Shown in pieces: positions 41,264 through 51,091 of a stretch of DNA of 64,000 nucleotides. The DNA comes from Candidatus Heimdallarchaeota archaeon (GTDB taxonomy: Archaea; Asgardarchaeota; Heimdallarchaeia; Heimdallarchaeales; Heimdallarchaeaceae): the NCBI GenBank assembly GCA_019057815.1, contig JAHLWR010000007.1:64001-128000 (forward strand), in the 5' to 3' direction. The notes beneath the pieces are model-generated. The model did not search any database. It was not told where the DNA came from and worked only from the letters and a program-made list of their open reading frames with translations. The translations under genes and the position numbers were made by a program. Within the stretch, counting starts at the first letter, position 1, and each line of letters opens with the position of its first letter.

Positions 41264-42520
41264 ATGGGTCACGATTTTGAGTTGGGAGAATCTTACGCAA
41301 AAAAATTAGATAGTGAAGATAAATTAGCTGAATTTAGAGATCATTTCTACATTCCTGAGGGGAGCATTTATTTCAATGGCAATTCCCTTGGTCTTCTTCC
41401 AAAGAATGCTGAAAAATCATTTAACAGAATTCTTTCTGAATGGAAAACTCTCGCTGTTAAAGGTTGGTTAGAAGCTGAAAAGCCTTGGTTCTTTTTTGCT
41501 GAACGTTTAGGAGAACTTTCTGCTCCTTTAGTTGGAGCTGATCCAGCGGAAGTTATAGCAACTGCAACTACCACAGTCAACATCCATTCTCTTATTAGCA
41601 CTTTTTACAAACCAGAAGGAAATAAAACTAAAATTCTTGCTGATGAACTCAATTTTCCTACAGATATCTATGCTCTTCAAAGCCAGATAAAGCTCAAAGG
41701 TTTGGAACCTGATGAGCACTTAATTTTAGTTAAAAGCGACGATGGGAGATTTCTGGATGAGAACAAGATTGTAGAATTCATGAGTGATGATGTTAATCTT
41801 GTTTTTCTCCCTTCTGTTCTTTTCAGAAGCGGACAATTACTTGATATCCCTTTTCTTACAAAGGAAGCTCACAAAAGAGGGATAACTATAGGTTTTGATT
41901 GCAGTCATTCTGTAGGAGTAATTCCTCATTCTTTTGATGAATGGGATATAGATTTTGCTGTTTGGTGCAGCTATAAACATCTAAATTCTGGTCCAGGATC
42001 TTCTGCGTTTCTGTATATTAACAAAAGACATTTCAATTTAGAACCTGCACTTACTGGATGGTTTGGATATGTTAAAAGTAAACAATTTGACATGAATCTA
42101 GATTTTGAACATGCTAAAACTGCTGGAGGGTGGCAAATATCTTCTCCAGGAATTTTAGGTTCAGCACCAATGGAAGGTGCCTTAGAAGTAACTTTAGAAG
42201 CTGGAATAGAAAATATCAGGGAAAAATCCTTGAAGATGACGTCTTATTTAATCTATCTAGTAGAAACACTTCTTGCTGATGAACCTTACAATTTCACTAT
42301 AGGTACGCCTAAAGAAGAACATCGTAGAGGGGGACATGTTGCCTTAGAACACAGTCAAGCTTATACAATTCATAAAGAACTAATGAAAAAATCTGTTGTC
42401 CATGATTTTCGACCACCAAATGTTATAAGATTAACCCCTACAGCTCTTTACAACTCTTTTTTGGAAATATGGGAAGTAATATCTTATCTTAAAGAGATTA
42501 TGGATGAAATTAGAATATGA
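41264..42520 (+). CDS. kynU: Kynureninase
   Basis: YFNGNSLGL, NFPTD.Y, FDCSHSVG, WCSYKHLNSGPG (PLP Lys), GWFG, DFRPP. Confidence 0.92.
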   Translation: MGHDFELGESYAKKLDSEDKLAEFRDHFYIPEGSIYFNGNSLGLLPKNAEKSFNRILSEWKTLAVKGWLEAEKPWFFFAERLGELSAPLVGADPAEVIATATTTVNIHSLISTFYKPEGNKTKILADELNFPTDIYALQSQIKLKGLEPDEHLILVKSDDGRFLDENKIVEFMSDDVNLVFLPSVLFRSGQLLDIPFLTKEAHKRGITIGFDCSHSVGVIPHSFDEWDIDFAVWCSYKHLNSGPGSSAFLYINKRHFNLEPALTGWFGYVKSKQFDMNLDFEHAKTAGGWQISSPGILGSAPMEGALEVTLEAGIENIREKSLKMTSYLIYLVETLLADEPYNFTIGTPKEEHRRGGHVALEHSQAYTIHKELMKKSVVHDFRPPNVIRLTPTALYNSFLEIWEVISYLKEIMDEIRI

Positions 42521-42548
42521 TAAATCCTCAGCATAGAAAATATATGTT

Positions 42549-43598
42549 TTAATATATTATTTTCCTCCTTACTACATACTTATCATTGTTAGAATGTTTA
42601 ACTTTTCTTCTAGAACTCTTGAATACTAAAAGAATTACAAAAGCAAAGATAAAAGTGGAAAATTGCCAAGAAGAATCTATAGGGCACTCGCATAGCGTAT
42701 GTACAATACCTTCCACGTACCAAATACTTTCTAATATAGTACAAAGAAGGAAAAAGTTCTTAAATTGTTCATTCCTATTTATATCTTCGTTATATGTTAT
42801 TGAAAAACGACATCTTATACAATTTTCACAAACGAACCTATCATTCACAGCACAACTGGATAAAGATATTAATTCTACCTCTAGAATCTTTTCTTCAATA
42901 TATGTTAAATCATTACTTACTCGTTTTCCAAATTGATTAGCTCCATTCCAAGATGAAACATTCGTTAACCATGGAGAAGTAGTTGAACCATCTAACTTGC
43001 TACAAACATAACTTGTTTCATTACTGGTATAATTTGTATAACTTGTGAAGATTGACAGGTAAGTAATAACGTTATGACTTAAGGAATTCCATATAGCTAT
43101 TTCAGCAATATCAAAAACATGGAAGGAAGCATTATCCAAATACCAGAAAGTCTTATTGTTGGATAAAGTATCAGAAATGAGTGTAGTGATAATATTCTTA
43201 GCTTCGCTAATCTCAGTTACTAAAATAAAACAAAGTTCTCCAGGAAGATAAGAAGAATTAATGGAATATAAAGAAATTTCCTCAATGTTTTCTATTGATT
43301 CTACTGCATTTTTGAGATCACCTTGTAATAGCTGAATTAAATCAGAATTCACTTCCCAATTATCTGATGTGTCATTAAATCTTAGAACCTGAGCTGTGAT
43401 ATTCCCCCGTGTCTCATTATTTAGACTCAAATCCAGAAGATTATACAAGGGGTAATTTTGATTACTAGGATTGACTCTTTCATCACTAGTATAATAACTG
43501 TATAATATTGGTACCAGAATTGCTACAAGTAGTAATATAGATATTAGAGCCATTATTATTTTCTTGTTTTTATAGAACAACAAATATTTTTCACCCAA
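42549..43598 (-). CDS. Membrane-anchored extracellular hypothetical protein
   Basis: N-terminal TM, sequons, Cys cluster, C-terminal TM + basic tail. Confidence 0.7.
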   Translation of the reverse strand: MGEKYLLFYKNKKIIMALISILLLVAILVPILYSYYTSDERVNPSNQNYPLYNLLDLSLNNETRGNITAQVLRFNDTSDNWEVNSDLIQLLQGDLKNAVESIENIEEISLYSINSSYLPGELCFILVTEISEAKNIITTLISDTLSNNKTFWYLDNASFHVFDIAEIAIWNSLSHNVITYLSIFTSYTNYTSNETSYVCSKLDGSTTSPWLTNVSSWNGANQFGKRVSNDLTYIEEKILEVELISLSSCAVNDRFVCENCIRCRFSITYNEDINRNEQFKNFFLLCTILESIWYVEGIVHTLCECPIDSSWQFSTFIFAFVILLVFKSSRRKVKHSNNDKYVVRRKIIY

Positions 43599-43699
43599 CT
43601 AGATAAAGACCTTGAGCTAAATTATAATGTTATAAATTCTTTCAACTATCTTTTGATTAAATCTATTATTTTGCAGTAATAAACATTATGCTTTTTTCT

Positions 43700-43840
43700 C
43701 CCAGTTGTTAACTCCACCTACATTGGTGATAGTTAAATAAGAGAGGTTATCATGGGTATGTGAACAAACATAAACCCAAATAGTAACCGATACTCTTTCT
43801 CCCTTAGAGGATACCTAAGTCCTCTCTGACTAGTTTTGGG
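43700..43840 (+). ncRNA. Candidate structured ncRNA (three hairpins plus closing stem)
   Basis: Hand-folded stems whose wobble pairs are G-U on the + strand. Confidence 0.4.
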
Positions 43841-43909
43841 TCATGCTTCGTTCTATTAAATTGTAAACATTTATTTAGCCATGCATTTCTTTAAAGTGTA
43901 AGGATTATA

Positions 43910-44878
43910 ATGATAGCTATAGAAATGGAGGGTTTAACTAAAGATTTCGGTGCTCTTCGTGCTGTTAATGATTTAGATATAGTAATAGAAGAGTCAGCGA
44001 TTTTTAGCTTGCTCGGACCCAACGGGGCTGGAAAAACGACAACAGTAAGAATGCTCACTGGTTTATTACGTCCTACAATAGGTGGGGCAAAAGTTTTAGG
44101 TTTAGACATATCGGAAAATCTACAAGAAATCAGAAGTCGAGTAGGTCATCTCACTGAAACACCAGCACTTTATGAGCGTTTAACTGTTAGACAGAACCTA
44201 GACTTTTTTGCTAATCTTTACAAAGTTCCAAAAACTGAAATCAAATCAAGAATAGAAGAAATTGTTGATCTATTTGAGTTACCTGAAAAGCTAGACGAAC
44301 CGGCAGGATCACTATCAAAGGGCATGAAGCAAAAAATTGCTATAGCACGTGCAATGTTTCATAAACCTGAGTTAATTTTTCTAGATGAACCTACTGCTTC
44401 ATTGTCTCCTGAATCAGCAAAAGTAGTAAGAGAACAGATTATTAAACTAGCTAAGAAAGAGAAGAGAACCTTTTTCATTTGTACTCATAATTTGTTTGAA
44501 GCAGAGAGACTTTCTACGAGGGTGGGTATAATAAATCATGGAATACTTATTGCGCAAGGATCTCCAGCAGAACTACGAGAAATGCGAAAAGACGAAACTG
44601 TAACTATTATTAGATTTGCTACTTGGGAAAGCAGAATAAAAGAATTTTTTGAAGACATGAATATTGAGATTTTTGAGTATAATCAAGACAAAAAATATGT
44701 TTCAGTTTTTATCAAAGATATCGAAAAACAAACCCCTAGCATTATTAATTCGTTAACTAAGAACAACTTTCAATTAGTTGAGGTAAAGCACGAATTTCCA
44801 TCTTTGGAAAGGATATATTTAGAACTGATCGAATTGGAAGGGGTTCCTCGTGGTGAAAATAATATGGAGGAGAGCTAA
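43910..44878 (+). CDS. ABC-2 type transporter ATP-binding protein
   Basis: GPNGAGKT, LSKGMKQK, FLDEPT. Confidence 0.9.
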   Translation: MIAIEMEGLTKDFGALRAVNDLDIVIEESAIFSLLGPNGAGKTTTVRMLTGLLRPTIGGAKVLGLDISENLQEIRSRVGHLTETPALYERLTVRQNLDFFANLYKVPKTEIKSRIEEIVDLFELPEKLDEPAGSLSKGMKQKIAIARAMFHKPELIFLDEPTASLSPESAKVVREQIIKLAKKEKRTFFICTHNLFEAERLSTRVGIINHGILIAQGSPAELREMRKDETVTIIRFATWESRIKEFFEDMNIEIFEYNQDKKYVSVFIKDIEKQTPSIINSLTKNNFQLVEVKHEFPSLERIYLELIELEGVPRGENNMEES

Positions 44879-45700
44879 ATGGATTGGGGAAGAGTAAAAA
44901 CTTTAGCGAGAAAAGATCTTCGCGAGATGTTCAAATCAAAATACATTGTATCAGCAGTTATTGGAATGCCAATTCTATTTGCGATATTAATTCCCTTAAG
45001 TACACTATATCCACTTGTTGTTATCGATTCAAGCGATTTTGAGGGAGATGAGGAACTTCCTGTTTCCATAACAAATTTACTCTCACGAATAGTTCCGAAT
45101 TGGGATGATGTTGGAACAAAAGGTCAAATATTAATAATGACGGCTTACTTAATGTACATTATAGTTCTTTTGATACCTATTATTTTACCAGCTGTTACAG
45201 CGTCTGAAACGATTATAGGAGAGAAAGAAAGAAAAACAATGGAAGCTTTGCTAGTTTCACCTTTATCTGAAACAGAACTAGTAACAGGAAAGATTCTATC
45301 TTCATTCATCCCCTCAATTGCAGGAACTGCTTTTGCAGCGCTTATTTATGGTATAATTACAAATATCCTTATCTATCCATATATTGATACAATTCTATTT
45401 CTTGATACATTACCAATAGTTTTTCTTTTTATAATTGCACCTCTGTTGTCAATCTTATCAGTAGAACTGATGATATTGATTTCCACAAGAGTAACAAGTG
45501 TAAGAGACGCATATCAATTAGGTTCGTTAGTTGTTTTACCTTTAGTCATGCTAATAGTCGGAGTAGTTGTTGCTTACATTTTTATCTCAGTATATGCATT
45601 GATAGCTGCGGTAGCAATATTGCTTATATTGTGTGCAATATTTTTCAAAATAGCTACAAATATATTTGATAGAGAAAGAGCAATAGTGAAACTAGTTTAG
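44879..45700 (+). CDS. ABC-2 type permease
   Basis: GEKERKTMEALL.SP; six TM segments. Confidence 0.88.
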   Translation: MDWGRVKTLARKDLREMFKSKYIVSAVIGMPILFAILIPLSTLYPLVVIDSSDFEGDEELPVSITNLLSRIVPNWDDVGTKGQILIMTAYLMYIIVLLIPIILPAVTASETIIGEKERKTMEALLVSPLSETELVTGKILSSFIPSIAGTAFAALIYGIITNILIYPYIDTILFLDTLPIVFLFIIAPLLSILSVELMILISTRVTSVRDAYQLGSLVVLPLVMLIVGVVVAYIFISVYALIAAVAILLILCAIFFKIATNIFDRERAIVKLV

Positions 45701-45709
45701 CTCCCTTTT

Positions 45710-46240
45710 CTACCATTTATTGTAATGTATCCTTTCTTCTTCGAATCTATCAGCTGGTGGCTTCTCTTCGTCTGGATGACCTATAGGTATAACATTCAAA
45801 GGAATAATATGGTCTGGTAAATGTAACAACTCACGAACATTTTTAACCATTTCCTCATTAGGATAAATTCCGCACCATACAGCTCCTAGTCTTTTTGCAT
45901 GAACAGCTAATAGTATGTTTTGCGTGGCTGCTGAACAGTCTTGTACCCAGTAACCTCTTTGTATATCTCCTCTTGGTTTATCCTTTTCCATATCTCCGCA
46001 AACAACTATAGCAACAGGAGACTGCAAAATCATTTGAGTATATTTATGGAATTGAGGAAATTTATCTAGTATTTTTCTCTTAGTAATTACAACAAATGCC
46101 CATGTTTGTCTATTCGCTGCTGATGGAGCACTCATAGCAGCTTCAAGAATTTCTATTATATCTTGCTTGTCAATCTTTTCATTGGTAAATTTCCTTATAC
46201 TTCGTCTTCCTTTAATAAAATCCATTTTATCACCAGTCAA
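45710..46240 (-). CDS. Nitroreductase family protein
   Basis: RRSIRKF, APSAANRQ, QDCSAATQNILLA. Confidence 0.9.
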   Translation of the reverse strand: MTGDKMDFIKGRRSIRKFTNEKIDKQDIIEILEAAMSAPSAANRQTWAFVVITKRKILDKFPQFHKYTQMILQSPVAIVVCGDMEKDKPRGDIQRGYWVQDCSAATQNILLAVHAKRLGAVWCGIYPNEEMVKNVRELLHLPDHIIPLNVIPIGHPDEEKPPADRFEEERIHYNKW

Positions 46241-46320
46241 ATATTCGCTATATCAGTTTTAAATTTTTCTGGGCTTATCCAAAGCAAAAGTTTCAATAAC
46301 TTCAGTATTTATCTTATCTT

Positions 46321-47235
46321 ATGGAATTAGGACTTTCTATTCCCATCAAGATGAAACTTGAACAACAAGTAGATTACACAAAGAGAGCACAAGAAATTGG
46401 TATTAACCATATCTGGGTAGGAGACAACCCTCCAATCAACAATGCTTTTCTCACAATTGCCCAGCTTGCATGTAAAGTTAAAGAAATAGAGTTCTGGACA
46501 GGAATCACTTCACCTTTCTATTATATCCCTGAAGTACTAATTGCACAAAGTAGAGATTTATCTTATAACTACCAGAATAGATTCGGTTTAGCTCTAGGAA
46601 TTGGAAACAGTCAACTTTTTAGCACTAAAAATGGTTTATTCCAATCTTTTGTCAATAAAATTGGAATCCTTAATAAATTGAGAGAAGAGCACAATATCAA
46701 ACATGAGATAAATTTTCCATTAGGTATTGGAGGGTTAGGAAATAAAATGTGTAAATTTGCCCTAAATTCTTCTGATATACTACTATTAAATAGTACATCT
46801 GAACATGATTTAGACAGAATAGGCAAAATCTTTGCAGAACTTGAAGGTGTTCAAAAAGAAGAATGTAAGATTTATACCTATGGTATGTTTCAAGTATTAA
46901 AAGAAAATACAGAAATTTCTTTAACAACATGGAACATCACAAAGGATATTGCCAAAGGGTGCTCAAATTCTATTCTCAAATCTCATGAATATAGTAGTGC
47001 AATGATCTCAAAAATCCGTGACTTGCCTTGGGAAAGAATGAACAATATCCCTAAAGGAGAGCTAAAAGAAATAGTATATGATTATGCTATTGTTGGTGAA
47101 GAAGAACAAATACTAGAAAAAATAGATTCTCTAGTATTGAATAGAAATAATTGCAATATGAAAGGTTTAGTTTTAGGATGGATATACTCTGAAGATCAAT
47201 GGGATTTCATAAAAAAAATAAGAAAAAAAGTGTAG
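46321..47235 (+). CDS. LLM-class (Mer-like, possibly F420-dependent) oxidoreductase, divergent
   Basis: G..HIWVGD, TGITSP, RF.LALG.G, P.GIGGLG.KM...A. Confidence 0.65.
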   Translation: MELGLSIPIKMKLEQQVDYTKRAQEIGINHIWVGDNPPINNAFLTIAQLACKVKEIEFWTGITSPFYYIPEVLIAQSRDLSYNYQNRFGLALGIGNSQLFSTKNGLFQSFVNKIGILNKLREEHNIKHEINFPLGIGGLGNKMCKFALNSSDILLLNSTSEHDLDRIGKIFAELEGVQKEECKIYTYGMFQVLKENTEISLTTWNITKDIAKGCSNSILKSHEYSSAMISKIRDLPWERMNNIPKGELKEIVYDYAIVGEEEQILEKIDSLVLNRNNCNMKGLVLGWIYSEDQWDFIKKIRKKV

Positions 47236-47245
47236 GGTTATCCAC

Positions 47246-48778
47246 TTAGTCCTCTTCTTCATCAGGTATTTGATCTATTTCATCAGGTATTTGATCTATT
47301 TCATCAGGTATTTGATCTATTTCATCAGGTATTTGATCTATTTCATCAGGTAAGTATGTTTCTTTCTCTTCTTTCTCTTTGAAAATTCTGCTTTTTACAT
47401 TATTAAACATAGTAACAGTTTTATCGTAGTTATTTTTCGATTGTTTCTTTACAAAGGAAATAAAAGAATTTGTACCTTTCTTCAGACCCTGATAAGCTTT
47501 AATCGAATACTCCTTAAAGCTTTGATAGTTTTTCTTAGAAAACTCTTTCACACTTTCCCAGAAATCAGCGAAACTGAACGCTTTAAAATGATTTAAGAAA
47601 TCATGGAGAAAATTGACCTCATCATTTAATTCTATTGCATTTATAATTTCATCAAATAACTCTGAGGTTAGAGTATCTTTTGAAGGAGCTACTACCAATT
47701 TTTCGTCATTTAGCTTGAGTTGCGGAAAATTACCTATAGACATCGAGAGTTTAAATGTCCCTCTTTTCTTAATTTTGAGCATTTTGATTGCGTTCTTAAC
47801 TTTAATACCATCACTTGATGATAACTCTTTTATTGCGTTTATTTGATCAAGTTTTTTGGCCAACGAAGTGGTGTTTACTTTAATAGTTTGAACAATTTCT
47901 GATAATTTGTTTTTGTTAGTGTTAAACAGTTTATCCAAATCTTTTACATTCTTTAAGAAGTCTTTAGAATACCCTTTCCTTGGTACTGTAATCTTTAATG
48001 TACGCATTTCTTCCAATCTGGAAGTAGATTTTTCTACGAAATCGTTTCCCTTAATAACTAATTCACTTGTTTGCTTCGCATCTAAAGCTTTATTGATAAC
48101 TTCACCAATCTCTATCAATTTACTTGATTCTACTTTCAACAATTCCATTTTACATGTTCGAAGAATTAAACTGTACTCTCCTACTTCAATTTCTATATCT
48201 ATAATTCTCTCTTCCAGATATGAATATAAATCTGTAACATCAAATGATCCACTTATTAGCTTTTCATAATCATCCCTCAACTCATTTATTCTTCCACTTA
48301 TTTCTGATATTGAATCGCTGTAAATTTGACTTTTTTCTAATATTTCTTTGAAAGATAAATCTTTTAGAAATGCTAATTTTGCTTGAATATCATCCTTTAT
48401 TCTAGGAACCATGCTTTCGATGTGTTGTTTCCTTTTAGCCATTAGTAATGTATCTAAGCGATGAGAATCTTTTCCTAGTTTATCAGATGTTAGAAAAACT
48501 CTTTGGTACAATTTGTAAACAAGTTCATTCAATAGAAGATCATTAATGTATTTGTTCGTTAACTTCTCTAATTCCTTAACCAAAGGTTGAATATTTGCAA
48601 TATGTTCAAGATTCTTAAGATAATGAGACTTTACTTCTTCATAGCTATATTTCCTGCTGTTCTTATAAATTTCTAGAGTTGTTTCAAAATCATACTCAAT
48701 TGCTCTCATTAGTATTTCTGAATCTTGCTTTATTTCCTTCAACTTTTTTGGAAAGGGTCTAAGTGTACCAGGTATCAA
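47246..48778 (-). CDS. Coiled-coil hypothetical protein with acidic repeat tail
   Basis: Long helical K/E/L-rich sequence; ends (PDEIDQI)x4 PDEEED. Confidence 0.75.
   Translation of the reverse strand: MIPGTLRPFPKKLKEIKQDSEILMRAIEYDFETTLEIYKNSRKYSYEEVKSHYLKNLEHIANIQPLVKELEKLTNKYINDLLLNELVYKLYQRVFLTSDKLGKDSHRLDTLLMAKRKQHIESMVPRIKDDIQAKLAFLKDLSFKEILEKSQIYSDSISEISGRINELRDDYEKLISGSFDVTDLYSYLEERIIDIEIEVGEYSLILRTCKMELLKVESSKLIEIGEVINKALDAKQTSELVIKGNDFVEKSTSRLEEMRTLKITVPRKGYSKDFLKNVKDLDKLFNTNKNKLSEIVQTIKVNTTSLAKKLDQINAIKELSSSDGIKVKNAIKMLKIKKRGTFKLSMSIGNFPQLKLNDEKLVVAPSKDTLTSELFDEIINAIELNDEVNFLHDFLNHFKAFSFADFWESVKEFSKKNYQSFKEYSIKAYQGLKKGTNSFISFVKKQSKNNYDKTVTMFNNVKSRIFKEKEEKETYLPDEIDQIPDEIDQIPDEIDQIPDEIDQIPDEEED
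47258..47352. repeat. Perfect 21-bp tandem repeat, 4.5 copies (in-frame VNTR)
   Basis: Unit ttcatcaggtatttgatctat with no substitutions. Confidence 0.95.
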
Positions 48779-48943
48779 ACTTTTTCACTAAAAAAATTAT
48801 ATTATTAGAACTATAATAAATATTTCCCAATCAATCGCAAATTAGGACATTATTTTTGTTCGAAGAGCGACTTCTTAATTCTTCTAGTTTTACTAAAGCA
48901 TAACAATTTATTAAGAGAAAAAAAAACTTATTTTAGCGTTAAT

Positions 48944-51091
48944 CTATTCTTCAGCTTCTATCTCTATTTCTGTTGGTGATTCATAGAAGTTTATTTTACT
49001 TCCAGTCGATGTTTTTTCTACTGTTATCGTTGGTGTTCTTAAGTCTCTGCGAATGTTTGTATGGGTTATTAGGAAAATCTGAGTGAATTTCTTTTCTGCA
49101 ACTAAACCTTCAACAACTTTCGAACGACGGTGTTCATCTAAAGACCCTAATGGCTCGTCTAGAATTAAAATGTCCATTTGTGGAGGGTTATATGGGGAGC
49201 TTTTGAGAGGTTTGATTCGTTTTAAAAGATCACAGAGTCCTATTCTCATACCTAGACCTATTGCTGCTCTATCTCCCCCTGAAAGCAGATTCTGACTTTT
49301 GATGAAACCATCTACTTCATCTTTTATACTCATATTCAAAGTTTTTACTTTTGTTGCTTCTAGATAAAGTTGTGAATATTGCCCTCTTGTAAAATTATAT
49401 ATGTAGTCACTTGTTGAATCTTGAATTCCAGCTAACAATCTGTTAGATATTATATCTTCAACAATGAAACCTTCTACATACTTTTCTACTGATTTCAATA
49501 GACTTATTTCACTTCTAATCTTTTCACTTTCTTTCTCTTTTTTCTTGTTAGATTCTATTTGATCCTCTAATTTCAATATTTGTTGATTCTTTTCCTTAAT
49601 TTCTCTAATGTTTCTTTCTTTATTGGTTTCTACATTGCTTTTTTCTCTATCAAGTTCAACTATTTTACTATACAAATCGTCAAACTTTTCTAGATTGTAC
49701 TTCTTTGCAATATCTTTAACTTCAGAAACACCAAATTTCTTTACTTTAGTAGTTAATTCCGTAGAAAGAATGTTTGTGTCTTTAAGTAAATTCTCATAAT
49801 CATGAAAAATAGTTTCTAAACGTGTTATTTCATCTCTTATATCTCTTAAGGTTCTGGTTTTCTGTTTTATAGAATCTACATCGATATCCAGAGCTTTAAT
49901 TTTCTTGTTTCTTTGTTGGATGCCTTCTTTTAGTGTAGGAATGTCTCTACTAGCTCTGCTAATTAAATCATCCCTACGTTCATTATTGATTTCTTGTTCA
50001 CACACATCACATCTTGCCATTTCTTCAGTACTGGAAAATCTTTCAAGACTCTCTTTTCGTTTCTCTAGTATATCGAGTTCTTTCCCTTTCTCTGCAATTT
50101 CTTCTAGTATTTTTTTCTGTTTTTTTTGGATATTGGTTGTTTCTTCTTCTAATTTTACAGTTTCAGTATCAATTTGTGCTAATTTTTGATTAACTTTCTT
50201 TTCAGATATTGGTAGCTCAATACCATATTTACCCGCAATTGTTTCAACAATCCCTAATTTAGAAGATATTCTCCCATTTTGTGTATCTATATTGTCTACT
50301 ATTTTTTGTATGTCTTGAACTTCTTTTAAATCAGGATATTGCTCGATTTCTTCATCCAATTCTACGATTTTTCCCTCTAATATCTTTGTATTTTCTTTAA
50401 CTTCAGCTATTTTAGCTTTTAAATCTTGAATTTCTTCTGTAATATCTTCAGTTGTTCGTTTGACTATATAATCCGTTAAATCATCTTCTAATGTATTAAC
50501 ATGTTTTTTTACTACTATATTCACTCGATCCTTATAATAATCCAAGCTAAAAAGCTCATAAATTATATCCCTGAGCTCTGCTCCTTTTGCTTCTGCAAGT
50601 TGTTGAATCTGACCTTGTCTAACTATAAGAGTGTTTAGAGCACTGGTTCGATTTATATTAAACAAAGAATTGATTTTAGCTTCAACATCAATAACACCTT
50701 CCGCAACTAGTCTTATTGGATTTTCAGATATTCCTTGCAAAGCTTCCTTTTCATCAAGTTCCGATAACTTTGCATTCACAGGCTTCTTTTTACCGTGCTC
50801 TCTCTGGATAAGATAATAGTGATTATTTATCTCAAAAGCGACTTCTACGTCTGTTTCAGACCTACCATAATGTATTAAATCATCTTTAATACCTATTTCT
50901 TTTGATTTAGCAGCATCATAAAAAAACGCATAGAATATTGCATCAAACAAACTAGATTTACCAGTTGAATTATTACCTTCAACAAAAATCAATCCGTCGG
51001 GAAAAATCCCCTCTTCTGGAAGCTGTAACGTTTTGAAACATTTGAAATTTCTTAAATTAATCCACAATATTCGCATTTTATCACCTATCAA
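48944..51091 (-). CDS. rad50: Rad50/SbcC ATPase
   Basis: GNNSTGKS, Q-loop VRQG, zinc hook CDVC, LSGGD, ILILDEP, ITH. Confidence 0.9.
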   Translation of the reverse strand: MIGDKMRILWINLRNFKCFKTLQLPEEGIFPDGLIFVEGNNSTGKSSLFDAIFYAFFYDAAKSKEIGIKDDLIHYGRSETDVEVAFEINNHYYLIQREHGKKKPVNAKLSELDEKEALQGISENPIRLVAEGVIDVEAKINSLFNINRTSALNTLIVRQGQIQQLAEAKGAELRDIIYELFSLDYYKDRVNIVVKKHVNTLEDDLTDYIVKRTTEDITEEIQDLKAKIAEVKENTKILEGKIVELDEEIEQYPDLKEVQDIQKIVDNIDTQNGRISSKLGIVETIAGKYGIELPISEKKVNQKLAQIDTETVKLEEETTNIQKKQKKILEEIAEKGKELDILEKRKESLERFSSTEEMARCDVCEQEINNERRDDLISRASRDIPTLKEGIQQRNKKIKALDIDVDSIKQKTRTLRDIRDEITRLETIFHDYENLLKDTNILSTELTTKVKKFGVSEVKDIAKKYNLEKFDDLYSKIVELDREKSNVETNKERNIREIKEKNQQILKLEDQIESNKKKEKESEKIRSEISLLKSVEKYVEGFIVEDIISNRLLAGIQDSTSDYIYNFTRGQYSQLYLEATKVKTLNMSIKDEVDGFIKSQNLLSGGDRAAIGLGMRIGLCDLLKRIKPLKSSPYNPPQMDILILDEPLGSLDEHRRSKVVEGLVAEKKFTQIFLITHTNIRRDLRTPTITVEKTSTGSKINFYESPTEIEIEAEE

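Noticed and set aside
47258-47352. CRISPR array
   Set aside because: Contiguous repeats without spacers, in frame within a CDS; no cas genes
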